Of a stretch of 64,000 bases of DNA, positions 55,986-64,000 are shown piece by piece. Source of the DNA: an uncultured Bacteroidales bacterium (lineage in GTDB: Bacteria > Bacteroidota > Bacteroidia > Bacteroidales > F082); assembly GCA_947302205.1 (NCBI GenBank), contig CAMYVD010000004.1, positions 4,218 to 68,217 on the forward strand, in the 5' to 3' direction. Below the pieces are notes generated by a model. It searched no databases. It was not told the DNA's origin and was given only the letters and a program-made list of their open reading frames with translations. Position 1 is the stretch's first letter, and every line of letters begins with the position of its first letter. Made by a program: the position numbers and the translations under genes.

Positions 55986-57377
55986 TTAAAGATGCACGCA
56001 TTCGTTATATGCTGCCGCTGCTGCTTCCATGATTCCCTCCGACATGGTGGGGTGGGGGAATACGGCGTGGATGATGTCTTCGCCCTTGGCGCCGAGTTCA
56101 CGGCAGAGCACGGCTGCGGCGACCATCTCAGTGACGTTGTCGCCTACCATGTGGCAGCCCAGCCAATCGCCAGACTTGGCATCAAACACGACTTTGATGA
56201 AGCCGTCCTTGTTGCCGGCAGCGGTGGCTTTGCCAGAGGCGGTGAAGGGGAACTTGCCGATCTTGACCTCATAGCCGGCGGCGATGGCCTCGGCTTCACT
56301 CAAACCGACGGAGGCAATTTCAGGAGTGGTATAGGTGCAACCCGGAATGTTGGCATAGTTCAGGGGCTTGGGATCGAGCCCGCAGATTTTCTCCACGCAA
56401 ATGGTGGCTTCGTGATCGGCCTTGTGGGCCAAAGCGGGACCGTGAACGATGTCGCCGATGGCGTAAATGCCCGGTACATTGGTGCGGTAGAAATCGTCAA
56501 CGACGACTTTGCCGCGTTCAGTGGCGATGTTCAGCGTTTCCAGTCCGAGGTCGTCAATGTTTGTCTGCACGCCGACAGCGGAGAGCACGATGTCGGCTTC
56601 TACGGTCTTTTCGCCCTTCTTGGTGCTGATGGTGCACACACATTTCTCACCGGTGGTGTCCACATGGGTCACTGAGGCTTCGGTCATGACAGTCATCTTC
56701 AATTTCTTGAAGGAACGCTCTACTTGCTTGGACACTTCCTCATCCTCGTTCGGCACCACATTGGGCAGGAATTCCACGAGCGTCACTTTGACACCCATGC
56801 TGGTGAAGAAGAAAGCAAACTCGGAACCGATGGCGCCAGAACCGACCACCACCATGCTCTCTGGAAGCTTGTCCAATACCAAAGCCTGACGGTAGCCGAT
56901 GATTTTCTTACCATCGATAGGCAGGGCGGGCAGCTCACGAACGCGGGAACCCGTGGCAAGGATGATATGGTCGGCTTCGTGCAGGGTGGCGTTGCCCTCG
57001 GCGTCAGTTACGGAAACTTGCTTGTCGGCAGTGAGGCGACCATAGCCGTTGATAACTTCTACATTGTTCTTTTTGAGGAGGAACTGTACGCCTTTGCTCA
57101 TGGTCTCGGCCACGCCACGGCTGCGGGCAACCACGGCCTCCATGTCGGGCTTTGCTTCGCCTTCCACCTTGATGCCATAGTTCTCGGCATGGTTGATGTA
57201 ATTGTAAACCTGTGCGCTTTTCAGCAGTGCCTTAGTCGGAATGCATCCCCAGTTGAGGCAGATGCCGCCTAATTCAGCCTTTTCGACCACGGCAGTTTTC
57301 TTTCCAAGTTGTGATGCTCTGATGGCAGCCACGTACCCACCAGGGCCGCTGCCGATAACGATGACGTCGTATTTCAT
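55986..57377 (-). CDS. lpd: Dihydrolipoyl dehydrogenase
   Basis: GSGPGGY FAD motif and the redox disulfide GGICLNWGCIPTK. 463 aa. Confidence 0.9.
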   Translation of the reverse strand: MKYDVIVIGSGPGGYVAAIRASQLGKKTAVVEKAELGGICLNWGCIPTKALLKSAQVYNYINHAENYGIKVEGEAKPDMEAVVARSRGVAETMSKGVQFLLKKNNVEVINGYGRLTADKQVSVTDAEGNATLHEADHIILATGSRVRELPALPIDGKKIIGYRQALVLDKLPESMVVVGSGAIGSEFAFFFTSMGVKVTLVEFLPNVVPNEDEEVSKQVERSFKKLKMTVMTEASVTHVDTTGEKCVCTISTKKGEKTVEADIVLSAVGVQTNIDDLGLETLNIATERGKVVVDDFYRTNVPGIYAIGDIVHGPALAHKADHEATICVEKICGLDPKPLNYANIPGCTYTTPEIASVGLSEAEAIAAGYEVKIGKFPFTASGKATAAGNKDGFIKVVFDAKSGDWLGCHMVGDNVTEMVAAAVLCRELGAKGEDIIHAVFPHPTMSEGIMEAAAAAYNECVHL

Positions 57378-57380
57378 GAT

Positions 57381-57500
57381 TTATTCTGTTTTTTTGTTTT
57401 TCTTTTCGCTTATCCGTTTGACGATGGACGCTAGCAAAGCCCAAAGGGCGAAAAATGCAATCACGCCGACCAGCCAAACAAGAACTAAACTTCTGACCAT
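57381..57500 (-). CDS. Candidate 39-aa single-pass membrane peptide upstream of lpd
   Basis: My own translation gives MVRSLVLVWLVGVIAFFALWALLASIVKRISEKKNKKTE*. A -7 box TACTTTTG (57518-57525, - strand) lies upstream of this ORF rather than between it and lpd. The stop is 3 nt before the lpd ATG. Confidence 0.4.
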   Translation of the reverse strand: MVRSLVLVWLVGVIAFFALWALLASIVKRISEKKNKKTE

Positions 57501-57615
57501 AATTAATAATTAAGGTGCAAAAGTAAGAAAAAAGTATGATTTTTTAGGGCCCCGTTGTAGGATTATCAAGAAAATTTCTTATGTTTGTACCCAATTAACA
57601 ATAAAACCTACGATT

Positions 57616-57948
57616 ATGAACTACGATTCCAATCCAGTACAACTCAATTTCAATAATGAAGAACTCAAAGAGAGAATCAATATGGTGATGTCAAGCCGTG
57701 ACCATACTACTGGTATTACGTTTGTCAATCTATGTTACCAACTTGTTCAGATCGCTTTTCAGGAGCATAGGGTGAAAAAGGCTGACGAAAACACCACCCT
57801 TACCAGTGAGGAACTTTGTGCTGACGATCAGGTTCGCGTGAGCAGAATCCTGTGGGAATTGATCTGGGATCACAAAATTTTCCTGCTCTTCGGACGTAGC
57901 GAATTGCTCGGTTTGAGCAACGGCGAAGACCGTTTCGTAAAGTATTAA
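57616..57948 (+). CDS. Hypothetical protein
   Basis: 110-aa ORF with a -7 box TATGTTTG at 57580-57587 and a terminator downstream. No family recognised. Confidence 0.5.
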   Translation: MNYDSNPVQLNFNNEELKERINMVMSSRDHTTGITFVNLCYQLVQIAFQEHRVKKADENTTLTSEELCADDQVRVSRILWELIWDHKIFLLFGRSELLGLSNGEDRFVKY

Positions 57949-57993
57949 TTCGGCATCAAGAAGGCAGAAGCAAGAAGAAAGAAGGCATAAAAT

Positions 57994-58038
57994 GCGTCAT
58001 CATGAGAAAATTGAGTTTCTTGTGATGACGCTTTTTTA
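57994..58038 (+). terminator. Rho-independent terminator
   Basis: 9-bp stem gcgtcatca/tgatgacgc followed by T6. Confidence 0.7.
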
Positions 58039-58140
58039 TTTCTGTTTAAGCAAAACAACGTGATTTTCAGTGAGTTAAAAAATTATCAAAAATTTTCAAA
58101 AAAAATAGTTGAAAACTATTGCTGGTAAAAGAAATTGTTG

Positions 58141-58148
58141 TACTTTTG
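58141..58148 (+). promoter_or_regulatory. -7 box TACTTTTG of the str operon
   Basis: Matches TAnnTTTG, about 270 nt upstream of the rpsL ATG. Confidence 0.4.
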
Positions 58149-58419
58149 CGCCGCTGAAATCGTGAAAGGTTTATCCTTTTGAATAGATATGGTCGGGGAC
58201 CTGAAAACTAAACCGTTATAGGTCTCTGCGCGATGCTGACGAAACGTCGAAAAAGCGGTTGCATCGTGGGTTTATAGACTTCAGGCCTGAATTATGGCCG
58301 AATCTTTCCCTGACTACATCTTGAAAAATCGTGAATCTTGAGCTGTTTCGGCTTGAGCAAAGAAATATTTGTCCAAAAAATAGGATTTAAACAAACAGTT
58401 AAAACTTAAACGTAACAAA

Positions 58420-58809
58420 ATGCCGACTATTCAACAATTAGTGCGCAAAGGGCGCCAAAAATTGATCGACAAGAGTAAGTCACCAGCATTGGATTCATGT
58501 CCGCAGCGCCGTGGCGTGTGTGTTCGTGTGTACACAACGACCCCTAAGAAACCTAACTCAGCTATGCGTAAGGTCGCCAGGGTTCGTTTGACCAACCAAA
58601 AGGAAGTCAACGCATACATCCCGGGCGAAGGCCATAACCTGCAGGAACACTCTATCGTGATGATCAGAGGAGGCCGTGTGAAGGATCTTCCAGGTGTTCG
58701 TTACCACATCATCCGTGGTGCTTTGGATACCAGTGGTGTTGACGGACGTCGCCAACGCAGATCCAAGTACGGTGCTAAGAGACCTAAAAAGACAGCTGCA
58801 AAGAAGTAA
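58420..58809 (+). CDS. rpsL: 30S ribosomal protein S12
   Basis: [27 protein letters not shown]... Confidence 0.97.
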   Translation: MPTIQQLVRKGRQKLIDKSKSPALDSCPQRRGVCVRVYTTTPKKPNSAMRKVARVRLTNQKEVNAYIPGEGHNLQEHSIVMIRGGRVKDLPGVRYHIIRGALDTSGVDGRRQRRSKYGAKRPKKTAAKK

Positions 58810-58845
58810 AGGCAACTAAATCAAGTAATTAAGACTTTTTGAGAA

Positions 58846-59313
58846 ATGAGAAAAGCGAAACCAAAAAAGAGAATCATCCTTCCGGATCCGAAGTACAATG
58901 ACGTGCAGGTCACGAAGTTCGTGAACAACATCATGCTCAAAGGAAAGAAGAATCTGGCTTATGAGATTTTCTACGAAGCCATGGACATCATTGAAGAAAA
59001 GCTCAATGAGAATCCTGTTGAGGTGTGGAAGAAGGCTTTGGCCAATGTCACTCCTCAGGTCGAGGTCCGCAGCCGCCGTATCGGTGGTGCCACTTTCCAG
59101 ATTCCTTCAGAAATCCGTCCTGCCCGTAAGCAGAGCATCGGTATGAAGAACCTGATCAACTACGCTCGTAAACGTCACGAGAAGTCGATGGCCCTCAAGC
59201 TCGCTTCAGAAATCATGCAAGCCTACAAGGAAGAAGGTTCTGCTTTCAAGAAGAAGGAAGAAATCCACCGTATGGCTGATGCCAACAAGGCCTTCTCGCA
59301 CTTCAGATTCTAA
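58846..59313 (+). CDS. rpsG: 30S ribosomal protein S7
   Basis: [16 protein letters not shown]..; 155 aa. Confidence 0.95.
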   Translation: MRKAKPKKRIILPDPKYNDVQVTKFVNNIMLKGKKNLAYEIFYEAMDIIEEKLNENPVEVWKKALANVTPQVEVRSRRIGGATFQIPSEIRPARKQSIGMKNLINYARKRHEKSMALKLASEIMQAYKEEGSAFKKKEEIHRMADANKAFSHFRF

Positions 59314-59334
59314 TTTGACACAGGTATAGGAAAC

Positions 59335-61455
59335 ATGGCAAACGTCCAAGAAAATATGATCAACCTCAGCCTCACTCGCAATATCGGCATCATGGCTCAC
59401 ATCGATGCTGGTAAGACGACTACGACCGAGCGTATCCTCTATTATACTGGACGTAGCCACAAGATCGGTGAGGTCCACGACGGAGCTGCTACCATGGACT
59501 GGATGGTTCAGGAGCAGGAACGTGGTATCACCATCACTTCAGCTGCCACAACGGTGTTCTGGCACCTTAACAATGAGGCATACAAGATCAATATCATTGA
59601 TACTCCCGGTCACGTCGATTTCACAGTGGAGGTGGAGCGCTCGCTCCGCGTCCTCGATGGCGCTATCGCTATCTTCTGTGCCGTGGGCGGCGTCGAGCCT
59701 CAGTCCGAAACCGTTTGGCACCAGGCTGACAAGTACAGAGTGCCCCGCATTTGCTTCGTGAACAAGATGGACCGCGCCGGTGCCGACTTCTATAAGGTCA
59801 TCGACGAGATCCGTGAGCGTTTGCACGCCAATCCTGTTCCGCTTCAGCTGCCCATCGGCGTCGAAGACAGCTTCGTCGGCGTGGTTGACCTGCTGAAGAA
59901 TAAAGCTTACGTGTGGGACGAGGAAGACAACGGTTCGCATTTCGAGGAAGTTGCCATCCCTGATGACATGAAAGATGAGGTAGCCAAATACCGCACCATG
60001 ATCATCGAGGGCGCCGCCGAGGACAACGAAGCCCTGTTCGAGAAATACATGGAAGATCCCGACAGCATCACCGAGGAAGAGCTGATCGCCCAGATCCGCA
60101 AGGAGACCCTGAGCCTCAACATCTGTCCCGTGTTCTGCGGCGCTTCGTTCAAGAACAAGGGCGTTCAAATGCTTCTCGACGGTATCGTCAACTACCTGCC
60201 GAGCCCACTGGATGTCGATCACGTGACCGGCACCAACCCCAAGACCGGTGAAGAGGAAATCCGCAAGGCTGACCCGAACGGGCCGTTCTGCGCCCTGGCA
60301 TTCAAGATTGCCACTGACCCCTTCGTCGGCCGTCTTTGTTTCTTCCGCGTCTATTCAGGCACCCTGAAAGCCGGTGAGACCGTTTTGAACACAGGCACAG
60401 GCAAACGCGAACGCATCGCCAAGATCGTTCAGATGAACGCCAACAAGCAGACTCCCATGGAGGAGATCTCCGCTGGCGACATCGCCGCAGCCATTGGGTT
60501 CAAGGTCATCCGCACCGGCGATACTTTGACCGTCGAAAACAAGCCTCTGGTACTCGAGAACATCAAGTTCCCCGATCCAGTGGTGAACGTCGCGATCGAG
60601 CCTAAAGCTACTGCAGACATCGAAAAGATGGAGACCTCGCTCACCAAGTTGGTGGAGGAGGATCCCACTTTGTTCGTACACCTCGATGAAAACTCAGGAC
60701 AGACCATCTTGTCCGGTATGGGCGAATTACACCTTGATATTATTATCGACCGTCTCAGAAGAGAATTTGGCGTCGAAGTCAACCAGGGTCGTCCACAGGT
60801 CGCATATAAGGAAACCTTTACAAACACGATTCAGCACCGTGAAGTCTATAAAAAACAGACCGGTGGAAAAGGAAAATTCGCAGATATCGAGTTTACAATG
60901 GGTCCTGCAGATGATGGTGTCGTCGGTTTGCAGTTTGTTGATGAAGTGAAGAACGGTGCCATCCCGCGTGAGTTCATGCCCGCGATTGAGAAAGGCTTCA
61001 AAGGCGCTCTCTCCAATGGCGTGCTTGCCGGATTCCCGGTCGAAAGTGCCAAAGTCGTCATCACTGACGGCTCATTCCATCCTGTCGATAGCGATGCCCT
61101 CTCGTTCGAGTCGGCAGCGCACATCGGGTTCAAGGAGGCTGGCCTCAAGGCTAGTCCTGTCTTGACGGAACCTATCATGCGAGTGGAGATCCACTGCCCT
61201 GACGAATACATTGGTGATGTCACGGGCGATCTGAACAAGAAGAGATCCATACTGCGTGAAGTCAATGCCAACATTGGCTATCAGATCATCAAGGCGGACG
61301 TGCCGCTGGCTGAGATGTTCGGTTACATCACAACCCTTCGCTCGATTACTTCGGGCCGCGCCACGTTCAACATGGAAATCAGCCATTACGCCCCAGTGCC
61401 TGAAGCCATTGCTGACATCGTGATTAAAAAAGCAAAAGGACTTTATTTCATTTAA
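59335..61455 (+). CDS. fusA: Elongation factor G
   Basis: G1 AHIDAGKTT and DTPGHVDF. 706 aa. Confidence 0.97.
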   Translation: MANVQENMINLSLTRNIGIMAHIDAGKTTTTERILYYTGRSHKIGEVHDGAATMDWMVQEQERGITITSAATTVFWHLNNEAYKINIIDTPGHVDFTVEVERSLRVLDGAIAIFCAVGGVEPQSETVWHQADKYRVPRICFVNKMDRAGADFYKVIDEIRERLHANPVPLQLPIGVEDSFVGVVDLLKNKAYVWDEEDNGSHFEEVAIPDDMKDEVAKYRTMIIEGAAEDNEALFEKYMEDPDSITEEELIAQIRKETLSLNICPVFCGASFKNKGVQMLLDGIVNYLPSPLDVDHVTGTNPKTGEEEIRKADPNGPFCALAFKIATDPFVGRLCFFRVYSGTLKAGETVLNTGTGKRERIAKIVQMNANKQTPMEEISAGDIAAAIGFKVIRTGDTLTVENKPLVLENIKFPDPVVNVAIEPKATADIEKMETSLTKLVEEDPTLFVHLDENSGQTILSGMGELHLDIIIDRLRREFGVEVNQGRPQVAYKETFTNTIQHREVYKKQTGGKGKFADIEFTMGPADDGVVGLQFVDEVKNGAIPREFMPAIEKGFKGALSNGVLAGFPVESAKVVITDGSFHPVDSDALSFESAAHIGFKEAGLKASPVLTEPIMRVEIHCPDEYIGDVTGDLNKKRSILREVNANIGYQIIKADVPLAEMFGYITTLRSITSGRATFNMEISHYAPVPEAIADIVIKKAKGLYFI

Positions 61456-61487
61456 GAAAAAAGACAAATCTATAAATAATAATTATT

Positions 61488-61793
61488 GTGAGCCAGAGAA
61501 TTAGAATTAAATTGAAGTCACACGATCACAACTTGGTTGACAAGTCAGCCCAGAAGATCGTGAACACCATTAAGTTGACTGGAGCAGTTGTCAGCGGTCC
61601 TATTCCGTTGCCGACCAACAAGAAGATCTACACCGTGCTGCGTTCAACTTTCGTTCACAAGAAATCGAGAGAGCAGTTCGAGCTTTCCACCTACAAGCGT
61701 TTGCTCGACATCTACAACTCGACTTCCCAGACGATCGACGCACTGATGAAGCTGGAGCTCCCCAGTGGTGTGGAAGTAGAAATCAAATTGTAA
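61488..61793 (+). CDS. rpsJ: 30S ribosomal protein S10 (GTG start)
   Basis: [18 protein letters not shown]..; 101 aa. Confidence 0.95.
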   Translation: MSQRIRIKLKSHDHNLVDKSAQKIVNTIKLTGAVVSGPIPLPTNKKIYTVLRSTFVHKKSREQFELSTYKRLLDIYNSTSQTIDALMKLELPSGVEVEIKL

Positions 61794-61831
61794 AAAACCT
61801 ATCTAGTACAAAAAATTAAAGCTAAGTAGCA

Positions 61832-62461
61832 ATGTCAGGATTACTAGGAAAAAAGATTGGGATGACAAGCATCTACGACGAAAGCGGTAAGATGATCCCG
61901 GTAACGGTCATCGAGGCTGGTCCATGCGTGGTCACCCAAGTCAGAACAGTAGAGAAAGACGGTTATAGCGCCATTCAGTTAGGTTTCGACGAAAAGAAGG
62001 TGAAGAACACCTCCAAGGCTGAGCAGGGTCACTTTGCAAAAGCCAACACGACTCCTAAGAAGTTGGTGCGCGAATTTTCACGTTTCGAAGAAGGCCACAG
62101 AAAACAATTAGGCGAAACGTTAACCGTTGACGTCTTCATGGAAGGCGAGTTTGTGGATGTCAGTGGCATCAGCAAAGGTAAAGGCTTCCAGGGCGTTGTG
62201 AAACGTCATCATTTCAATGGCGTTGGTCAAGCAACTCACGGTCAGCACAACCGTTTGAGAAAACCGGGTTCCATCGGTGCCTGCGCTTATCCTTCAAGAG
62301 TTTTCAAAGGATTGCGCATGGGTGGTCAGATGGGCAACCACAAAGTTAAAGTAACGAACTTGCAGATCGTGAAGATCGATGCAAGCAAGAATTTGTTGGT
62401 GGTGAAGGGCGCTGTTCCGGGCCACAAGAATGGATATTTAATGATTGAGAGATGGAGTTAA
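61832..62461 (+). CDS. rplC: 50S ribosomal protein L3
   Basis: [15 protein letters not shown]..; 209 aa. Confidence 0.95.
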   Translation: MSGLLGKKIGMTSIYDESGKMIPVTVIEAGPCVVTQVRTVEKDGYSAIQLGFDEKKVKNTSKAEQGHFAKANTTPKKLVREFSRFEEGHRKQLGETLTVDVFMEGEFVDVSGISKGKGFQGVVKRHHFNGVGQATHGQHNRLRKPGSIGACAYPSRVFKGLRMGGQMGNHKVKVTNLQIVKIDASKNLLVVKGAVPGHKNGYLMIERWS

Positions 62462-63078
62462 CAGTTTATAACATCAAAGGCGAAGACACCGGCCGTAAGG
62501 TCCAGCTGAATGACAACATTTACGCTGTTGAACCTAACGAGCATGTCATGTATCTGGCAGTGAAACAATATCTCGCTGACCAGCGTCAGGGAACTCACAA
62601 GTCGAAGGAACGCAGCGAAATCAGTGGCAGCACCCGCAAGCTCTTCCGTCAGAAGGGTACCGGCGGTGCCCGCCGTGGCGACATCAACTCTCCATTGCTG
62701 AGAGGCGGCGCCCGCGTGTTCGGCCCCAAGCCCCGCGACTATAGTTTCAAACTGAACAAGAAGGTCAAGGCCCTTGCCCGCAAGTCAGCCCTCACCTGCA
62801 AAGTTAAGGACAACGAGATCATCGTGGTCGAAGACTTCACGTTCGATACCATCAAGACCAAGCAGATGGTCAACATCCTGGACAGCTTCAAGGTCAACGG
62901 TATGAGAAACATGTTCGTGTTCACCGAACCTAACCGCAACGTGGTGCTGAGTGCCCGCAACATCCAGCGCACCAACGTGGTTCTGGCCCGCAACCTGAAC
63001 ACATACGATATTCTGAATGCCAAGAGGATCTTCATCACCGAAAGTGCTCTGAAGCCAATCGACGAGATTCTTGGATAA
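62452..63078 (+). CDS. rplD: 50S ribosomal protein L4
   Basis: ..[12 protein letters not shown]..; 208 aa. 10-nt overlap with rplC. Confidence 0.93.
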   Translation: MELTVYNIKGEDTGRKVQLNDNIYAVEPNEHVMYLAVKQYLADQRQGTHKSKERSEISGSTRKLFRQKGTGGARRGDINSPLLRGGARVFGPKPRDYSFKLNKKVKALARKSALTCKVKDNEIIVVEDFTFDTIKTKQMVNILDSFKVNGMRNMFVFTEPNRNVVLSARNIQRTNVVLARNLNTYDILNAKRIFITESALKPIDEILG

Positions 63079-63104
63079 TGTTTAACTTTTAAAATCGAAA
63101 AGAG

Positions 63105-63395
63105 ATGATTATCATTAAGAAACCCGTCATTACAGAAAAGATGACCGCAATAAGCGAAAAGCTTAACCGCTATGCATTTATCGTTGACAAGCGCGCCAAC
63201 AAGATCCAGATCAAGAAGGCCGTTGAAGACCTTTACGGTGTGAAGGTTACCGCCGTCAACACGATGAATTACGAAGGAAAGTCAAAGTCACGCTACACCA
63301 AAGGCGGCGTCATTACCGGTAAGGCTAATGATACCAAGAAAGCTGTTGTGACATTGGCTGAAGGTGAAACAATTGACTTTTTTAGCAATATCTGA
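63105..63395 (+). CDS. rplW: 50S ribosomal protein L23
   Basis: ..ITEK....KY.F.VD..ANK..IK.AVE.LY.VKV..VNT..; 96 aa. Confidence 0.93.
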   Translation: MIIIKKPVITEKMTAISEKLNRYAFIVDKRANKIQIKKAVEDLYGVKVTAVNTMNYEGKSKSRYTKGGVITGKANDTKKAVVTLAEGETIDFFSNI

Positions 63396-63397
63396 AA

Positions 63398-64000
63398 ATG
63401 GCTTTAAAGAAATATAAACCTACGACACCAGGTCAGCGTTTCAAGGTTTTGAGCGCATTTGACGAGATTACGACCGACAGACCGGAAAAGTCATTGCTTG
63501 CTCCCATGAAGAGCACCGGTGGACGTAACTCCAGTGGTAAAATGACTGTTCGTTACAGAGGTGGCGGACACAAACAGAAATACAGAATCATCGACTTCAA
63601 GCGTGATAAGGACGGCGTTCCGGGCATCGTGAAGACTATTGAATACGACCCGAACCGCACCGCTCGCATTGCCCTCGTATTCTACAAGGATGGTGAGAAG
63701 CGTTACATCATCGCTCCTGCTGGCTTGAAGGTCGGTCAGGAAGTCATCAGTGGCAAGGGTGTCCAGCCAAACGTTGGCAACACCATGTTCCTGAGCGAAG
63801 TCCCGTTCGGTACTATTATTCACAACATCGAGTTGCGCCCAGGTCAGGGTGCCAAGATGGCAAGAAGCGCCGGTTCATACGCACAGCTGATGTCGCGTGA
63901 AGGCAAGTACGCCATCCTCCGCATGCCCTCAGGCGAAACCCGTATGATTCTCCAAGCATGCAAGGCTACCATCGGTTCAGTCTCCAACGGAGACCACAAC
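63398..64000 (+). CDS. rplB: 50S ribosomal protein L2 (3' end outside the window)
   Basis: My own translation from the ATG at 63398 gives [17 protein letters not shown]...GGRN..G..T.R.RGGGHK. The frame stays open to the end of the window. Confidence 0.93.
   Translation, partial: MALKKYKPTTPGQRFKVLSAFDEITTDRPEKSLLAPMKSTGGRNSSGKMTVRYRGGGHKQKYRIIDFKRDKDGVPGIVKTIEYDPNRTARIALVFYKDGEKRYIIAPAGLKVGQEVISGKGVQPNVGNTMFLSEVPFGTIIHNIELRPGQGAKMARSAGSYAQLMSREGKYAILRMPSGETRMILQACKATIGSVSNGDHN

Noticed and set aside
61456-61487. Absence of tuf between fusA and rpsJ.
   Set aside because: This is the normal arrangement in Bacteroidota, where tuf is encoded elsewhere, so it is not a deletion or rearrangement.

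Overview
This is a chromosomal segment from a Bacteroidota genome, probably Bacteroidales-like and T9SS-bearing. The lineage call rests on four things: TAnnTTTG -7 boxes 8-20 nt upstream of most genes and of every RNA gene; at least four proteins ending in T9SS C-terminal sorting domains; the tmRNA tag GENNYAFAA; and the order rpsL-rpsG-fusA-rpsJ with no tuf. I annotate about 60 CDS, 3 tRNAs (Arg-CCG, Gly-CCC, Val-TAC) and one tmRNA. Most genes are housekeeping: tilS, dsbD, lpxK/lpxH, proS, mazG, cdsA, psd, uvrA, rfbC, lpd, rsmG, and the start of the str/S10 ribosomal operon at the 3' end. I found no CRISPR array, no intact transposase or integrase, and no recognisable defence system. The items I think most worth follow-up are: (1) a strongly block-structured low-complexity lipoprotein (aromatic block, H10, GHGxY-like, RP(S/T)xxx repeats, RGG tail) paired with a FadL/PorV-family barrel. 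(2) An operon of a T9SS beta-helix protein, a fused NapH-NapG-like polyferredoxin and a Tat-exported aldo/keto reductase carrying a 4Fe-4S domain. (3) A recurrent purine-only spacer (AGAAGTCAGAAG...) at gene junctions, which also appears as the in-frame linker of a SpoU-HAD fusion gene. (4) An SPFH protein with three zinc ribbons plus a Tim44-like protein, bracketed by two tRNAs. (5) A decayed region downstream of tRNA-Val with phased A-tracts, 11-bp direct repeats, an inverted repeat and a possible ~300-nt structured RNA. All protein calls come from motif recognition by eye. No database search or folding program was run.
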